A stretch of 64,000 nucleotides of DNA from Eledone cirrhosa (Eukaryota), in contig OZ024741.1 of assembly GCA_964016885.1 (NCBI GenBank), positions 84,940,001 through 85,004,000 of the forward strand, in the 5' to 3' direction. The notes beneath the pieces were generated by a model. It saw only the letters and a list, made by a program, of their open reading frames with translations, ran no database searches and was not told the origin of the DNA. Made by a program: the position numbers and the translations under genes. Positions 13,151-26,399 of this stretch are shown one piece after another. Position 1 is the stretch's first letter; every line of letters starts with the position of its first letter.

Positions 13151-14619
13151 GCATCGTCCTGTTTGGTATGGTTATATATATTTTCCACCTTTCGAGGTGG
13201 CACCTCTCGTCAGAAAATAGGATTGGTAGGGATTGTGTTGTTCTGTACCTGAAGATGGTTGTGACATTCTCGAACGACTCTGCATCGAGAAATGTGAGCA
13301 AATGTCAGGGGCGGTGAAGCATGAAAGCCCTAATGATAGAAGTGTTAGAGAATGGATGACTTCTGGGTTTTCTGTTTCATGGAAACAAAGAAGAAAGTTG
13401 CGGGGATGCGCTTGCTCGTAACTAGAAGGTGAGCATCGGAAATAAAACTACAGTAATATCTTCCGCCGCTCATGGGCCATATTGTTTTTATCGGGAAAGG
13501 TCCTCTCCAAGATATTATCCAGGACAGGTTGTTCTGTGGAAGACCAACAGTCATCCATGCAGAAGAATCTTCCTTCTTCACGACGATACAGCATGGGACT
13601 AGCCACATTTCAGGCGGACTCTGAATACAAAGAACCGAACGAGATAACGCAATGCCTCACGCCTGATACTTTAAACATTTCAGATAATCTTTGGACTGGA
13701 ATTTGATTTATCGATCACGGAAGGAGGAGAGGGAGAGGCAAGGTTGACTCCCAACGCAATCCATCTATAACCACAACAACAAAATACAGCAAGAAAAAAC
13801 AACGGTCATGGGAATTGTGAAGCGGAGTTCTTACCGACACGGCTATGGATGCTACTATTATGTGTATGTGTGGGGGGAGGGGGAGAGGGGGTGTTTGTCT
13901 GCTTGCATGGGGATATGCATACCTTTGTACGGTGGTTTGCGTCGGTGTTTGTGTTTGTACATATGTGTGTGTGTCAGTGTATGTATGCATGTATGTGTGT
14001 ATATGTGTGCATGTGCGTAAGTGTACGTATGTGTGTATATGTGAATATATATATATACACATTTATATATGTATGTCGGTATGTATGTCTATCTGTCTGT
14101 GTATCTGTGTCTGTATGTGTGAGTGAGTGGGGCGTATATGTATATACATATATGTGTGTGTGTGTGTGTGCATATGTGTATATTTCTGTGTTTATGTGTG
14201 TCTATATGTGTATATATGTGCATGTTTGCGTATGTGTAAGTGTATGTATATATAAATATATATGCGTGTGTGTTTGTGTATATATGTGTGTAAACGTGTA
14301 TGTATTCACGTCTATGCAAACATGAAAGCATAAAAGAAGGATTATTAGTCCAGCTTTGCAGCAAAGAGTTGGTATAATACCAAGCAAAAGGTTAAAAGAA
14401 TATTCTAGAAGATAAAACAATGGCATTGATGTTAAACTAATGTAGAAACATAAATGGTAAATGGGTAACAATAATTATTTTGAAACAGATAAGAAATGGT
14501 AAATGGTTAAAGAAGTGAAAGTTAAAAGAATAGCAAGTTATTTCATGGCAGATGTTTTGTTTGCAGATAGACTGACGTGTGTACATGTGTGTGTGCATAG
14601 ACTTGTGTGTCAGTATGTT

Positions 14620-14666
<47 letters not shown>

Positions 14667-14687
14667 GTGTGTGTCGGTATGTTTGCG

Positions 14688-14720
<33 letters not shown>

Positions 14721-14826
14721 GTATATATGTGTGTGTCGGTATGTTTGTGTATATATAAATATATATATATATATATGTATATATATATGTATATATGTGT
14801 GTGTTGGTATGTTTGTGTATATATAA

Positions 14827-14898
<72 letters not shown>

Positions 14899-15121
14899 AT
14901 CTGTGTATATGGTTGGTATACATTACATCTCCATTCTTGGTTGATATATTAATGAATATATATATATTAAACGATTCATTAATGTATCAACTAAGATTGG
15001 AGATGTAATGTATACCAACCATAAACACTGCCTTCCAACTCAGGGAGCTTTGTGAATATTCAACAACAGAAACATATAAATTATCTATACTTACACGTGT
15101 TTTCACCTTTATTCATTTTGG

Positions 15122-15193
<72 letters not shown>

Positions 15194-15306
15194 CTCTACT
15201 CCCTTTTTATTCTAACTCATGTTTCTGCTTCTCAATTATAAGGGGTATTTGATGCCTTTCTCAGTCTGCTATGGTTTACCAGCTCTACACAGGCCTTTAA
15301 ATTGTT

Positions 15307-15366
<60 letters not shown>

Positions 15367-15796
15367 TGTGTGCGTGTGTGTGTATTTGTGTTTGTATATA
15401 TGTGTGTGTGAGTGTGTGCGTGAGGTGCGTGTGCATGTGCGTGCGTGTGTGTGTTTTACTTTCTTTATGACTCGCACCATACCAATTCGACAAATAGAGA
15501 TCGTTAAAACTCTAATCAGACTTAAGGAATTAAGTACTCTGCTGAATACAATCGATTAAAAATCCCTTTAAAACGTCCCACTATGGTCGCAATCTAATAG
15601 CTATTCAAATGAATAAAACCAGTAAATCATATAAAGAAAGAACAAACACTCCTGTTCCAAATTAGTGTTCAATTTGTTTGATTTCTCTTTTTAATCACCA
15701 TGCTTTGTTTTGTATTTCAAAAACATTTTGAAATATCTAGTTACGACAAAGAAACAATGGTTTTTGGAGGCATTAAGGAAATATGAATGTTTAAAG

Positions 15797-16085
15797 CTGT
15801 GTGATTCCCAACGTGGAGCGCACATCACACAGGGGAGAAATTTGAAAATGATGTTAATCAGAGCAAAGTTCATATTTTACCCTATTACTTTTACACAAGG
15901 CAAATTTGGAACAAATTATGGTCAGAAAATCCTATCTTACCTCCCTCTACACATGTTATTGTGTTTCTGGCATCACCCATACGCGAATTTGTTTACACTT
16001 TGCACTCAATCTTCCCTGTTTTTAAATCAAATTGCGGCATAAAAATGTTTGAAATGGGGAGGCAATGTATGGGGTGGGGCCACTG
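15797..16085. mobile_element. hAT-type MITE with 8-bp TSD
   Basis: GTTTAAAG at 15789-15796 and 16086-16093; ends ctgtgtgattccc / gggccactg. Confidence 0.65.
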
Positions 16086-16759
16086 GTTTAAAGTATGTTA
16101 ACTTATAGTAAGCTGCTATAAAATGTCTTTAACTATACAATAGTCGAACAACTTAAGCATTGAACTCCTAGAGATTGAAAAATTGAACAGATTCTCCTAG
16201 AGTTTATTGCCCAACTTATTCACCTATTTTGTTGTTAAACCCACGGTGTAGTAGCTTACAGTAAGCCAACATATTTTCAAAATACCAGTTACATTGTCTT
16301 GCCTTCTTCATAGCATTCCTGGCAATCCAGTCCAGCAAACGTAAGTTGAAAATCCATTAGCAGTTTCTCTTCTTGTTTTCGCTAATTTAACATGATGGAG
16401 TAGATATCTGAAAATTGACAGAACATTTGATATTTAATTAACTTTACTGCCACTTGATTCACAATGAAATCACGCCAGTCTTCTCAACTTTTTCTTTCTG
16501 TTCTTCTTTCTTCTTTTTTTTTTTTTTAGTCTACTGAAAACGGTAAATATTTCAATGTTGAGTGTCTTTAAGTTTGTCAACGGTAACTACAATGACGCAA
16601 GTTGTCTCCTACTCAATTTGAATACAGAACAATACAAAATTTAGAGATAACCATATTATCATTAGGCCCAAGGTTACTGTTAAATATCGATTAACCCTTT
16701 CAATACTAATGCATCTGAAGCTGGCCCCGGTTCAAACATTTTGTTTGAAACTATTTGTA

Positions 16760-17567
16760 TACGAGGAATATTCAAGAGGTTTTGAGACCTTTTCAGATAT
16801 ATATATATATATATATAACTCAGCTCAACACAAAACTCTAGTTTCCCTCAATGTAAGATACACTTGTAGTCCTTTCTAAACGCCTCTTGCAGATCAATCA
16901 CTGGGTGTCTAACGCTAACCAAATTTAATGACCTCTACATACTTAGTGGAATTGCTCCCCCTCGCAGTAGAATGACTGTCAACTCCCAACTGGAGAAGTT
17001 GAAACAGGAAACTGACCCTCGTCATCCACTGACGGGCTGTGAACCAATGACAAAGTGGCTCATGTAAAGACAGCTTTCTACACTCAGTTGAGTAAACTAC
17101 TGAACAACAGAGCTTTTAGTTAGCGCTTGTCCTTGGGATATAGCCACCTTAACGACGTGAAACACGGGTTCTCTCTCAGCACTACAGAATCCCTCATCTT
17201 GACTTCAGTGATGCCAGGCCCTTTTGTTCCTACCTGAAGTACCTCCTAACTGCTGTTTGTCGCTACAGAGCCAACCTTCAGAAATGGGAATATACCACCG
17301 ATAATGATTCCAGCTACCAATGTGGGCAATTACAAATTATGGAGCACCTTCTAGTTTTCCCCAATCTTCACTATTCATGCACACTTAACGACCTTCAAAC
17401 CTTACCACTCCAGGCAAGACTCACTGTGCAACACTGTATGAGTGTGGTGTAGCGACTCTAAAAAACAATTCCTACAAAGTAAAGGTATCTAGGGTGCTTG
17501 TCACAGCTTCCTTCATCTCCTCCACATCCTCAAATTGGATACCACTGAGCTTCTCCTTGAGCTTCGT
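16760..17567 (-). mobile_element. Tc1/mariner remnant (TIR plus transposase C-terminus) interrupted by a LINE
   Basis: TIR-like TACGAGGAATATTCAAGAGGTTTTGAGAC at 16760; 17469-17567 minus strand reads KLKEKLSGIQFEDVEEMKEAVTSTLD. Confidence 0.6.
16838..17468 (+). mobile_element. Vingi/Ingi-like LINE 3' fragment
   Basis: LNASCRSITGCL..LYILSGIAPP, DPRHPL, RANLQKWEY, QCGQLQIMEHLL, CTLNDL; short A tail. Confidence 0.7.
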
Positions 17568-19550
17568 ATATCTGAATACTTTCCTTTTTTAAGTTAGATT
17601 CCAAAATTCAGTTTAATATTGAGAAGTTATATTCCGAAATCCCTTCAAATTCTATATGATTTGGTAAGTTTTCTGCCGAGTGTTTCACGTCTAGAATAAA
17701 AATCAGTTCTGCAAAGACTGAGACACTCAGTACGTAGCTGGGTGATTAGAGAATCACTCCAGGTAGAGTCGCTACGTCGACGATTAGAGAGATCATAGCT
17801 CCGATATTACTGACATGCGGTTAGAATGTCTCAGTAAATAATCGCTGGACAGATTATCTGGGCGAAACCAACCGACATGTGATCCAAGGGTAGACTCCGA
17901 GCAAGACGATTAGATAATATCCATGATATTGGCTTCTATCGCTTGGGGATCCAGTCGAATCATTTGGAGATGGCTATTTCTAGAAGAACCCGCCAAGAAT
18001 AAGTGGGTGATCGAAATTGTTTGGTTTTATCTAAAAACTGTCCACGACTATTATATGTCATAACATTTGTTATGTAGTGCTTCAAATAACAGCTTAATAA
18101 TGAAAGTTTAGTTATATGACTAGAAAATAGAAAACCATACGTGATGTTAACATGTGCAACAAAAGATTTAAGACAGAAATCTAAATGATGATAACGAGGG
18201 AGATGCACTGAAAGGAACAGTCCACATCGGAGTGCTCGTTATTGCAAATTACCATCTCCCTCTACATTGCTGTAGAAATGCCGTTCTAAGTTTACCAGAT
18301 GTTTCCAACTCTATTGTTTCATGCTCAACAATAAAATTGTGAGTTAACACTCTTTAGTCCGTAGTGAAATGGGGTATGGATTTTAGGTTTATTTCAAGAA
18401 GATATCTTTTATTGGAACAGTTACTGAAATTATTTTATACGAAATATTTACTATTTCGTGTTTTCTTTTGTTTCTTTGTTTTTGAGAATATCTTCAAGAC
18501 GAGTTTAAAGAAATATTTGGGGAATTTTCTGAAACTAGTTGTAGAAGATTTGAAAACAATTTTGGGAAAAATTGTACAAAATATTTTTCCAAATGTTTCC
18601 TCAAAATTTTCTTCCATATTTTTTTTTATTTCCTCATTTTTACGTTTTTTTTATTTTTTATATTTGCTTCAAAAATAAACAGATTTCATCAAACATTTTG
18701 CTTCAAATTATTTTCTTAATGTTTTTAAGAAAATTTTAGAAAGTACTTGGACGAATATTTTGGAGGAAATTTTGAGAAAATATCGAAGTTAATTTTTGAA
18801 AATGTGTTTAATATATTTTTTTTTAAATATTGAAAACAAGCATTTGGCAAAAACTTTGATTTTTAAAAAAGAGAATTTTTAAAGAAGGTGTTGAAAATGT
18901 TCGGGCAGACATGTTTAATGAATATTTTGGAAACATATTTTAGGACATTTTAAGGAAAATTGTCGAAAACAAGAGGGAAAATATCGAAAATATTTTGAGA
19001 AAAATTTGAGAAATGTTTCAGAAATATTTTTGAGAAACGTCCAAGAAATGTTTGAAACAATCTTTGGTGAAAATTTCGAAAAGAAAATTGAAAGAGTTTT
19101 GAGGAAAATTATTCAATAAAATTTCTGGGGAAATATATGGAAAATATCCTCCATTGATAGGACCTGAATGGAATCGAGTGTTTAAGATTTTATAGCAACG
19201 GAAAGGTATGCTCATCACAGTTACGAACACGTGTACCAGTAACCTAAATCTCGGGAGATTTATCCTGCATTACAGTCCATCCTGTAAACTTCCAAACTGT
19301 TTCCACCAACTCAGTTATATTCTAAAATAGTCAGACTCAAGGGTTGGTTTCAGAAAAGTTTAATGAAAATTTCAAAAAAAAAAATCAGAAAATATTGAAA
19401 AAATCTTTAACAATTTAACATTTTTGTTTAAATTTTTTAAAGGAGTTGGGATAAAATTGTTGAAAGAAATTTCAGGAAAACTTTTGGTTAAGATTTTTGG
19501 AATTTCTTGGGGGCACGGAAATTTGGGGAAGATTTTTGAAAATGTTTTTT

Positions 19551-19945
19551 AGAAAAGAAATAAGATTTCGCTTCAAGCATAGCTTTGTACAAAAATGTAT
19601 TTAAATTTCGTATTTCTAAAGAAACACGGTTTTAGGAAGCCGTAGCTATGCAAACACCGGGGGCCTCTGGTGGTGTCCAACAGAAGCAAGGGGGACAACC
19701 GTCTATGCATTTCAGGCTTGACTGGCCTTCTTCAGGATGGTCCCTCCCACCGGTTGCTACTGCTGGACTTGAAAACAGTCGAGAATATATAGTTTTCTCG
19801 TCTGTGTAAATGAGGTTATTAATCTCATTTGCATATGAAGTTGTCTCGACTTATAATAGAAAAGAAATAAGATTTCGCTTCAAGCATAGCTTTATGCAAA
19901 AATGTATAGAAATTTCGTATTTCTTTGGTAAACATTTTAGGAAAA
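19551..19945 (-). mobile_element. Retrozyme-like element, about 1.3 units of 307 bp
   Basis: Direct repeat 19551-19637 / 19858-19945; contains HHR and ATTTGCAT at 19827-19834. Confidence 0.75.
19692..19744 (-). ncRNA. Type I hammerhead ribozyme
   Basis: Minus strand: GGGACCAUC-CUGAAGA-AGGC cagucaa GCCU-GAAA-UGCA-UA-GACGGUUGUCCC; palindromic stem III AUGCAU. Confidence 0.85.
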
Positions 19946-21081
19946 TCTTTGAAAAATGTTCATGAAAATTTTGAGAAAAATTTATCAGAATTGTTTTGAT
20001 GAAAATGATTGAAAAATTGGTAAGAAGATTTTGAAGTAAATGTTTTGAAAAAGGTATTAGGGAAACTATTTCAGAAAATATTAACAAAGATTTTTTAGAA
20101 AGTTTTTGGAAAATATTAGAGAAAGATCTTGGGATAATTCTGATGAAAGATTTGAGAAGTTTTTTTTTGTTAATTTTTTAGTATAATATTAATTAATTTC
20201 GAAAAACATTTTGAAGTAGATTGTTTTGAAATAATTTTGATTTTAAATTTTGGAAAAGAATTTGATGAAAACTTTTGAGGATATTTTGAGAAATATTATT
20301 GAAAATATTTTGATAAACAGTTTTGATAAGATTTTGATGAAAGTGTTTTGGGAAAATTTAGTTAGAATTTGTGAAAAGCTTTCAATGAAATTTTAGATAT
20401 TTTGAAAACATTTTTATGATAAATTTTGCTTAAGTTTTTGGAAAAGAACTTTGATGAAAATTTAGGGAAATTGGCGGCAAAATTTAACTAATATCTCTGA
20501 ATTTTTATTAAATATTTGGTAAAAATTGAAAGAGCTATTTTTTTTAATGTTGGGGTAAATATTTCATATATTTGGAGGAAATGTTATGAAAGTATTATTA
20601 GAAATATACTTGAAAATATTTTGTGGAAACTTTTGTGAAGCATATTTTTACAATATTTTAAATACATTTAGATGAAGATTTGGTAAAAGAAATTGAGCTA
20701 TTTTCAATAAAATTTTTAAGAGTTTTAGAAACATTTGGGAAATCTATAATGTAATTATAAATATATAATGTAATTTTGGGGGATCTTTTGACGATGATGT
20801 TTTTTTTTTATTTTGCGGAAAATTATTGAAGGTTTTGTGTAACAAATTTAGAAATATTTGTTGAAAATTCCTAATGACGTTTTGGGGAACTTTTTTTTTT
20901 AAATTCATCGGAAAATGTAGTATTTCCTATAGAAGAACTTGGCCAACTAAGTAATATATATATATATGAAATTAACTATTCATTCAAGAAACTAGTAGTT
21001 TCATAATCATGGACGACAAAGGCCAGTACTCTACATGATCAGAAATTGTATTTCTGATCGTCTAATAAGGATATATATATA

Positions 21082-21204
21082 TATAGGAAAATATTCAAGA
21101 CCCCGACGAGAGATCAAACCGTTTCGACGGCTATTTCTTTCTGGTCCAGAAATAGCCGTCGAAACGGCTTGAGCTCTGCCGTCGAGGTCTTGAACATTTT
21201 CCTA
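21082..21204. repeat. Imperfect fold-back, arms about 55 bp, loop 9 nt
   Basis: ataggaaaatattcaagacc...cgacggctatttct / agaaatagccgtcg...ggtcttgaacattttcctat. Confidence 0.85.
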
Positions 21205-21282
21205 TTACCCACTCTACTAACCTAAGTATTGAGTACTCTGGTGCGTTATGGTCCATCTGGTTCCTTACCACACTTCCTTCGT

Positions 21283-21382
<100 letters not shown>

Positions 21383-22763
21383 TATGTACACGTACATACA
21401 TATATGTATACCGACGCACAGTAGTATGTATATATATATATATATACATACATGCACACATATATATATGCACGTATGGATTCACCGAATATTTATTACA
21501 ATGCTCGGTGTGTTTGTAAACAAACATCCCGTATTAAGCCGTAGTGTCTAGCAACCACCGTTGCTCGTTTGTTCAACACTGACAAAGGAACGCTGTACTA
21601 GTTTCAAGCTTGTTAGCTATCGTCAGCAACGTATACCTTCCTGCCAGATTGTTGAACGTATATACTTACCTTATGCATATTAACGGCTGAGTAGCCCAAT
21701 TTGCATATCGAGTGGGTTAATCGGCCGGGTGCACCGAAAACGATAAACGGAAAAAATGAAACGATATTTCATTTCCCACTCTTAGTACGGCTGTTACTTA
21801 AATATAAGTATGTACACGTACATACATATATGTATACCGACGTACAGTAGTATGTATATATATATATATACATACATGCACACATATATATATGCACGTA
21901 TGGATTCACCGAATATTTATTACAATGCTCGGTGTGTTTGTAAACAAACATCCCGTATTAAGCCGTAGTGTCTAGCAACCACCGTTGCTCGTTTGTTCAA
22001 CACTGACAAAGGAACGCTGTACTAGTTTCAAGCTTGTTAGCTATCGTCAGCAACGTATACCTTCCTGCCAGATTGTTGAACGTATATACTTACCTTATGC
22101 ATATTAACGGCTGAGTAGCCCAATTTGCATATCGAGTGGGTTAATCGGTCGGGTGCACCGAAAACGATAAACGGAAAAAATGAAACGATATTTCATTTCC
22201 CACTCTTAGTACGGCTGTTACTTAAATATAAGTATGTACACGTACATACATATATGTATACCGACGTACAGTAGTATGTATATATATATATATACATACA
22301 TGCACACATATATATATGCACGTATGAATTCACCGAATATTTATTACATGCTCGGTGTGTTTGTAAACAAACATCCCGTATTAAGCCGTAGTGTCTAGCA
22401 TATTACCTTATGCATATTAACGGCTGAGTAGCTAACAAGCTTGAAACTAGTACAGCGTTCCTTTGTCAGTGTTGAACAAACGAGCAACGGTGGTTGCTAG
22501 ACACTACGGCTTAATACGGGATGTTTGTTTACAAACACACCGAGCATTATAATAAATATTCGGTGAATCCATACGTGCATATATATATGTGTGCATGTAT
22601 GTATATATATATATACATACTACTGTACGTCGGTATACATATATGTATGTACGTGTACATACTTATATTTAAGTAACAGCCGTACTAAGAGTGGGAAATG
22701 AAATATCGTTTCATTTTTTCCGTTTATCGTTTTCGGTGCACCCGACCGATTAACCCACTCGAT

Positions 22764-22771
22764 ATGCAAAT
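22764..22771 (+). promoter_or_regulatory. Octamer motif ATGCAAAT upstream of the HHR in array 1 units
   Basis: Perfect POU/Oct consensus; also upstream of both minus-strand HHRs; function untested. Confidence 0.45.
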
Positions 22772-22838
22772 TGAGCTACTCAGCCGTTAATATGCATAAG
22801 GTAAGTATATACGTTCAACAATCTGGCAGGAAGGTATA

Positions 22839-22879
22839 CGTTGCTGACGATAGCTAACAAGCTTGAAACTAGTACAGCG
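22839..22879 (+). ncRNA. Type I minimal hammerhead (array 1 representative)
   Basis: CGUUG-CUGACGA-uAGCU aaca AGCUu-GAAA-CUAG-UA-CAGCG; predicted cut after 22874; stem I extends through GUUCAACA/UGUUGAAC. Confidence 0.8.
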
Positions 22880-23145
22880 TTCCTTTGTCAGTGTTGAACA
22901 AACGAGCAACGGTGGTTGCTAGACACTACGGCTTAATACGGGATGTTTGTTTACAAACACACCGAGCATTGTAGTAAATATTCGGTGAATCCATACGTGC
23001 ATATATATATGTGTGCATGTATGTATATATATATATATACATACTACTGTACGTCGGTATACATATATGTATGTACGTGTACATACTTATATTTAAGTAA
23101 CAGCCGTACTAAGAGTGGGAAATGAAATATCGTTTCATTTTTTCC

Positions 23146-23180
<35 letters not shown>

Positions 23181-24494
23181 TAAGTTAAAAATGTACATCT
23201 ACATATGCATACTGAAATACTAGTATGCATATGAATACACACACGTATACATATGTAGATGTACCAAGTCTTTCACTGGTTACTTTACTGTGAGTATCCA
23301 GCTATTCTGTATGTAAACACACAGACAAACCGGTTTTTAGAGTCATACTGGTTTTTGAGGAAACACCTTTCCTCTATTCTCCAGAAAGCCAGACAAGGAA
23401 TATTGAACTAGTTTCGTTGTTGTTACAACTCATCAGCAATATTTACCTATCTACCGGCCTTTCTGGAGAATCGTAAAAGCACATATCGTTATATGCTTTT
23501 TCTATGAAAATTAGTAGTGGGCAGACTAATTTGCATAGAGTGTGAGTACGTACCGGTTGAACGGAGACGATAAAAACAAATAACGAAACGAAATTAAATT
23601 TCGTTTCGTTTGTAACTCACTTTTGTATGACTGACGCTTAAACAATTAAGTTAAAAATGTACATCTACATATGCATACTGAAATACTAGTATGCATATGA
23701 ATACACACACGTATACATATGTAGATGTACCAAGTCTTTCACTGGTTACTTTACTGTGAGTATCCAGCTATTCTGTATGTAAACACACAGACAAACCGGT
23801 TTTTAGAGTCATACTGGTTTTTGAGGAAACACCTTTCCTCTATTCTCCAGGAAGCCAGACAAGGAATATTGAACTAGTTTCGTTGTTGTTACAACTCATC
23901 AGCAATATTTACCTATCTACCGGCCTTTCTGGAGAATCGTAAAAGCACATATCGTTATATGCTTTTTCTATGAAAATTAGTAGTGGGCAGACTAATTTGC
24001 ATAGAGTGTGAGTACGTACCGGTTCAACGGAGACGATAAAAACAAATAACGAAACGAAATTAAATTTCGTTTCGTTTGTAACTCACTTTTACGATTCTCC
24101 AGAAAGGCCGGTAGATAGGTAAATATTGCTGATGAGTTGTAACAACAACGAAACTAGTTCAATATTCCTTGTCTGGCTTCCTGGAGAATAGAGGAAAGGT
24201 GTTTCCTCAAAAACCAGTATGACTCTAAAAACCGGTTTGTCTGTGTGTTTACATACAGAATAGCTGGATACTCACAGTAAAGTAACCAGTGAAAGACTTG
24301 GTACATCTACATATGTATACGTGTGTGTATTCATATGCATACTAGTATTTCAGTATGCATATGTAGATGTACATTTTTAACTTAATTGTTTAAGCGTCAG
24401 TCATACAAAAGTGAGTTACAAACGAAACGAAATTTAATTTCGTTTCGTTATTTGTTTTTATCGTCTCCGTTCAACCGGTACGTACTCACACTCT

Positions 24495-24502
24495 ATGCAA
24501 AT
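24495..24502 (+). promoter_or_regulatory. Octamer motif ATGCAAAT upstream of the HHR in array 2 units
   Basis: Perfect consensus, 92 nt before CTGATGA; function untested. Confidence 0.45.
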
Positions 24503-24587
24503 TAGTCTGCCCACTACTAATTTTCATAGAAAAAGCATATAACGATATGTGCTTTTACGATTCTCCAGAAAGGCCGGTAGATAGGTA

Positions 24588-24632
24588 AATATTGCTGATG
24601 AGTTGTAACAACAACGAAACTAGTTCAATATT
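24588..24632 (+). ncRNA. Type I minimal hammerhead (array 2 representative)
   Basis: AAUAUUG-CUGAUGA-GUUGU aaca ACAAC-GAAA-CUAG-UU-CAAUAUU; stem I extends with AUUCUCCAGAAAGGCC/GGCUUYCUGGAGAAU. Confidence 0.9.
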
Positions 24633-25852
24633 CCTTGTCTGGCTTCCTGGAGAATAAAGGAAAGGTGTTTCCTCAAAAACCAGTATGACTCTAAAAACCG
24701 GTTTGTCTGTGTGTTTACATACAGAATAGCTGGATACTCACAGTAAAGTAACCAGTGAAAGACTTGGTACATCTACATATGTATACGTGTGTGTATTCAT
24801 ATGCATACTAGTATTTCAGTATGCATATATAGATGTACATTTTTAACTTAATTGTTTAAGCATCAGTCATACAAAAGTGAGTTACAAACGAAACGAAATT
24901 TAATTTCGTTTCGTTATTTGTTTTTATCGTCTCCGTTCAACCGGTACGTACTCACACTCTATGCAAATTAGTCTGCCCACTACTAATTTTCATAGAAAAA
25001 GCATATAACGATATGTGCTTTTACGATTCTCCAGAAAGGCCGGTAGATAGGTAAATATTGCTGATGAGTTGTAACAACAACGAAACTAGTTCAATATTCC
25101 TTGTCTGGCTTTCTGGAGAATAGAGGAAAGGTGTTTCCTCAAAAACCAGTATGACTCTAAAAACCGGTTTGTCTGTGTGTTTACATACAGAATAGCTGGA
25201 TACTCACAGTAAAGTAACCAGTGAAAGACTTGGTACATCTACATATGTATACGTGTGTGTATTCTTATGCATACTAGTATTTCAGTATGCATATGTAGAT
25301 GTACATTTTTAACTTAATTGTTTAAGCGTCAGTCATACAAAAGTGAGTTACAAACGAAACGAAATTTAATTTCGTTTCGTTATTTGTTTTTATCGTCTCC
25401 GTTCAACCGGTACGTACTCACACTCTATGCAAATTAGTCTGCCCACTACTAATTTTCATAGAAAAAGCATATAACGATATGTGCTTTTACGATTCTCCAG
25501 AAAGGCCGGTAGATAGGTAAATATTGCTGATGAGTTGTAACAACAACGAAACTAGTTCAATATTCCTTGTCTGGCTTTCTGGAGAATAGAGGAAAGGTGT
25601 TTCCTCAAAAACCAGTATGACTCTAAAAACCGGTTTGTCTGTGTGTTTACATACAGAATAGCTGGATACTCACAGTAAAGTAACCAGTGAAAGACTTGGT
25701 ACATCTACATATGTATACGTGTGTGTATTCATATGCATACTAGTATTTCAGTATGCATATGTAGATGTACATTTTTAACTTAATTGTTTAAGCGTCAGTC
25801 ATACAAAAGTGAGTTACAAACGAAACGAAATTTAATTTCGTTTCGTTATTTG

Positions 25853-25930
<78 letters not shown>

Positions 25931-26119
25931 CAGCGAGATCGAATTTCGGGAGTGGTCGAAAACAAAGCGAAACGCAATATCCGAGTTATTTATATTTATA
26001 TATATATATATATAAACGAACAAACGCCGTCCCCTTCATACACTTCCCTCTTCATCAATTTCAAACCCTTGTGCCACATGTTTTCTTATTTTGGATTGTG
26101 TATGGATATGTTAGATGAC

Positions 26120-26305
26120 CGAGTGGGTAGAGCGTAGAGTAAATGCTTAACAGTGGTTGTGTTTGCGATTTCTCTGTTTAAATCCCACTGAGGTTTTCCT
26201 TCTGGGGTCTATAAAATAGAAATACCAGTAGAATACTGGGGTTGACTCAAACAACTTTCCCCTTGCTCAAATAGCTAGCCTTGTGCCTAAATTAGAGAAT
26301 ATTGT
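26120..26305 (+). mobile_element. Diverged SINE family A
   Basis: gtttaaatcccactgagg...ggggtctataaaatagaaataccag...gccttgtgcctaaattagaga. Confidence 0.65.
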
Positions 26306-26399
26306 TAAAACATGTTTTGGGTGTAGTTTTGTCAGTTTCCTATATATTTCATCGTTCCCATGTCCTGAACTTTATTTTGTCTGTTCAAATTTGATTTTC

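Larger units (their letters stand above)
18400..20930. repeat. AT-rich degenerate short-period repeat (GAAAATTTT-like words)
   Basis: Alternating A4/T4 runs; spurious F/K/N/I-rich ORFs. Confidence 0.75.
23177..25858. mobile_element. Retrozyme-like tandem array 2: 466-bp unit, about 2 units minus then 3.8 units plus, between (TA)n tracts
   Basis: HHRs at 23399-23443(-), 23865-23909(-), 24122-24166, 24588-24632, 25054-25098, 25520-25564(+); inversion near 24090. Confidence 0.92.

Noticed and set aside
18340-20960. DNA transposon boundaries for the AT-rich block (TTAACAC start)
   Set aside because: No matching TIR or TSD found at the other end
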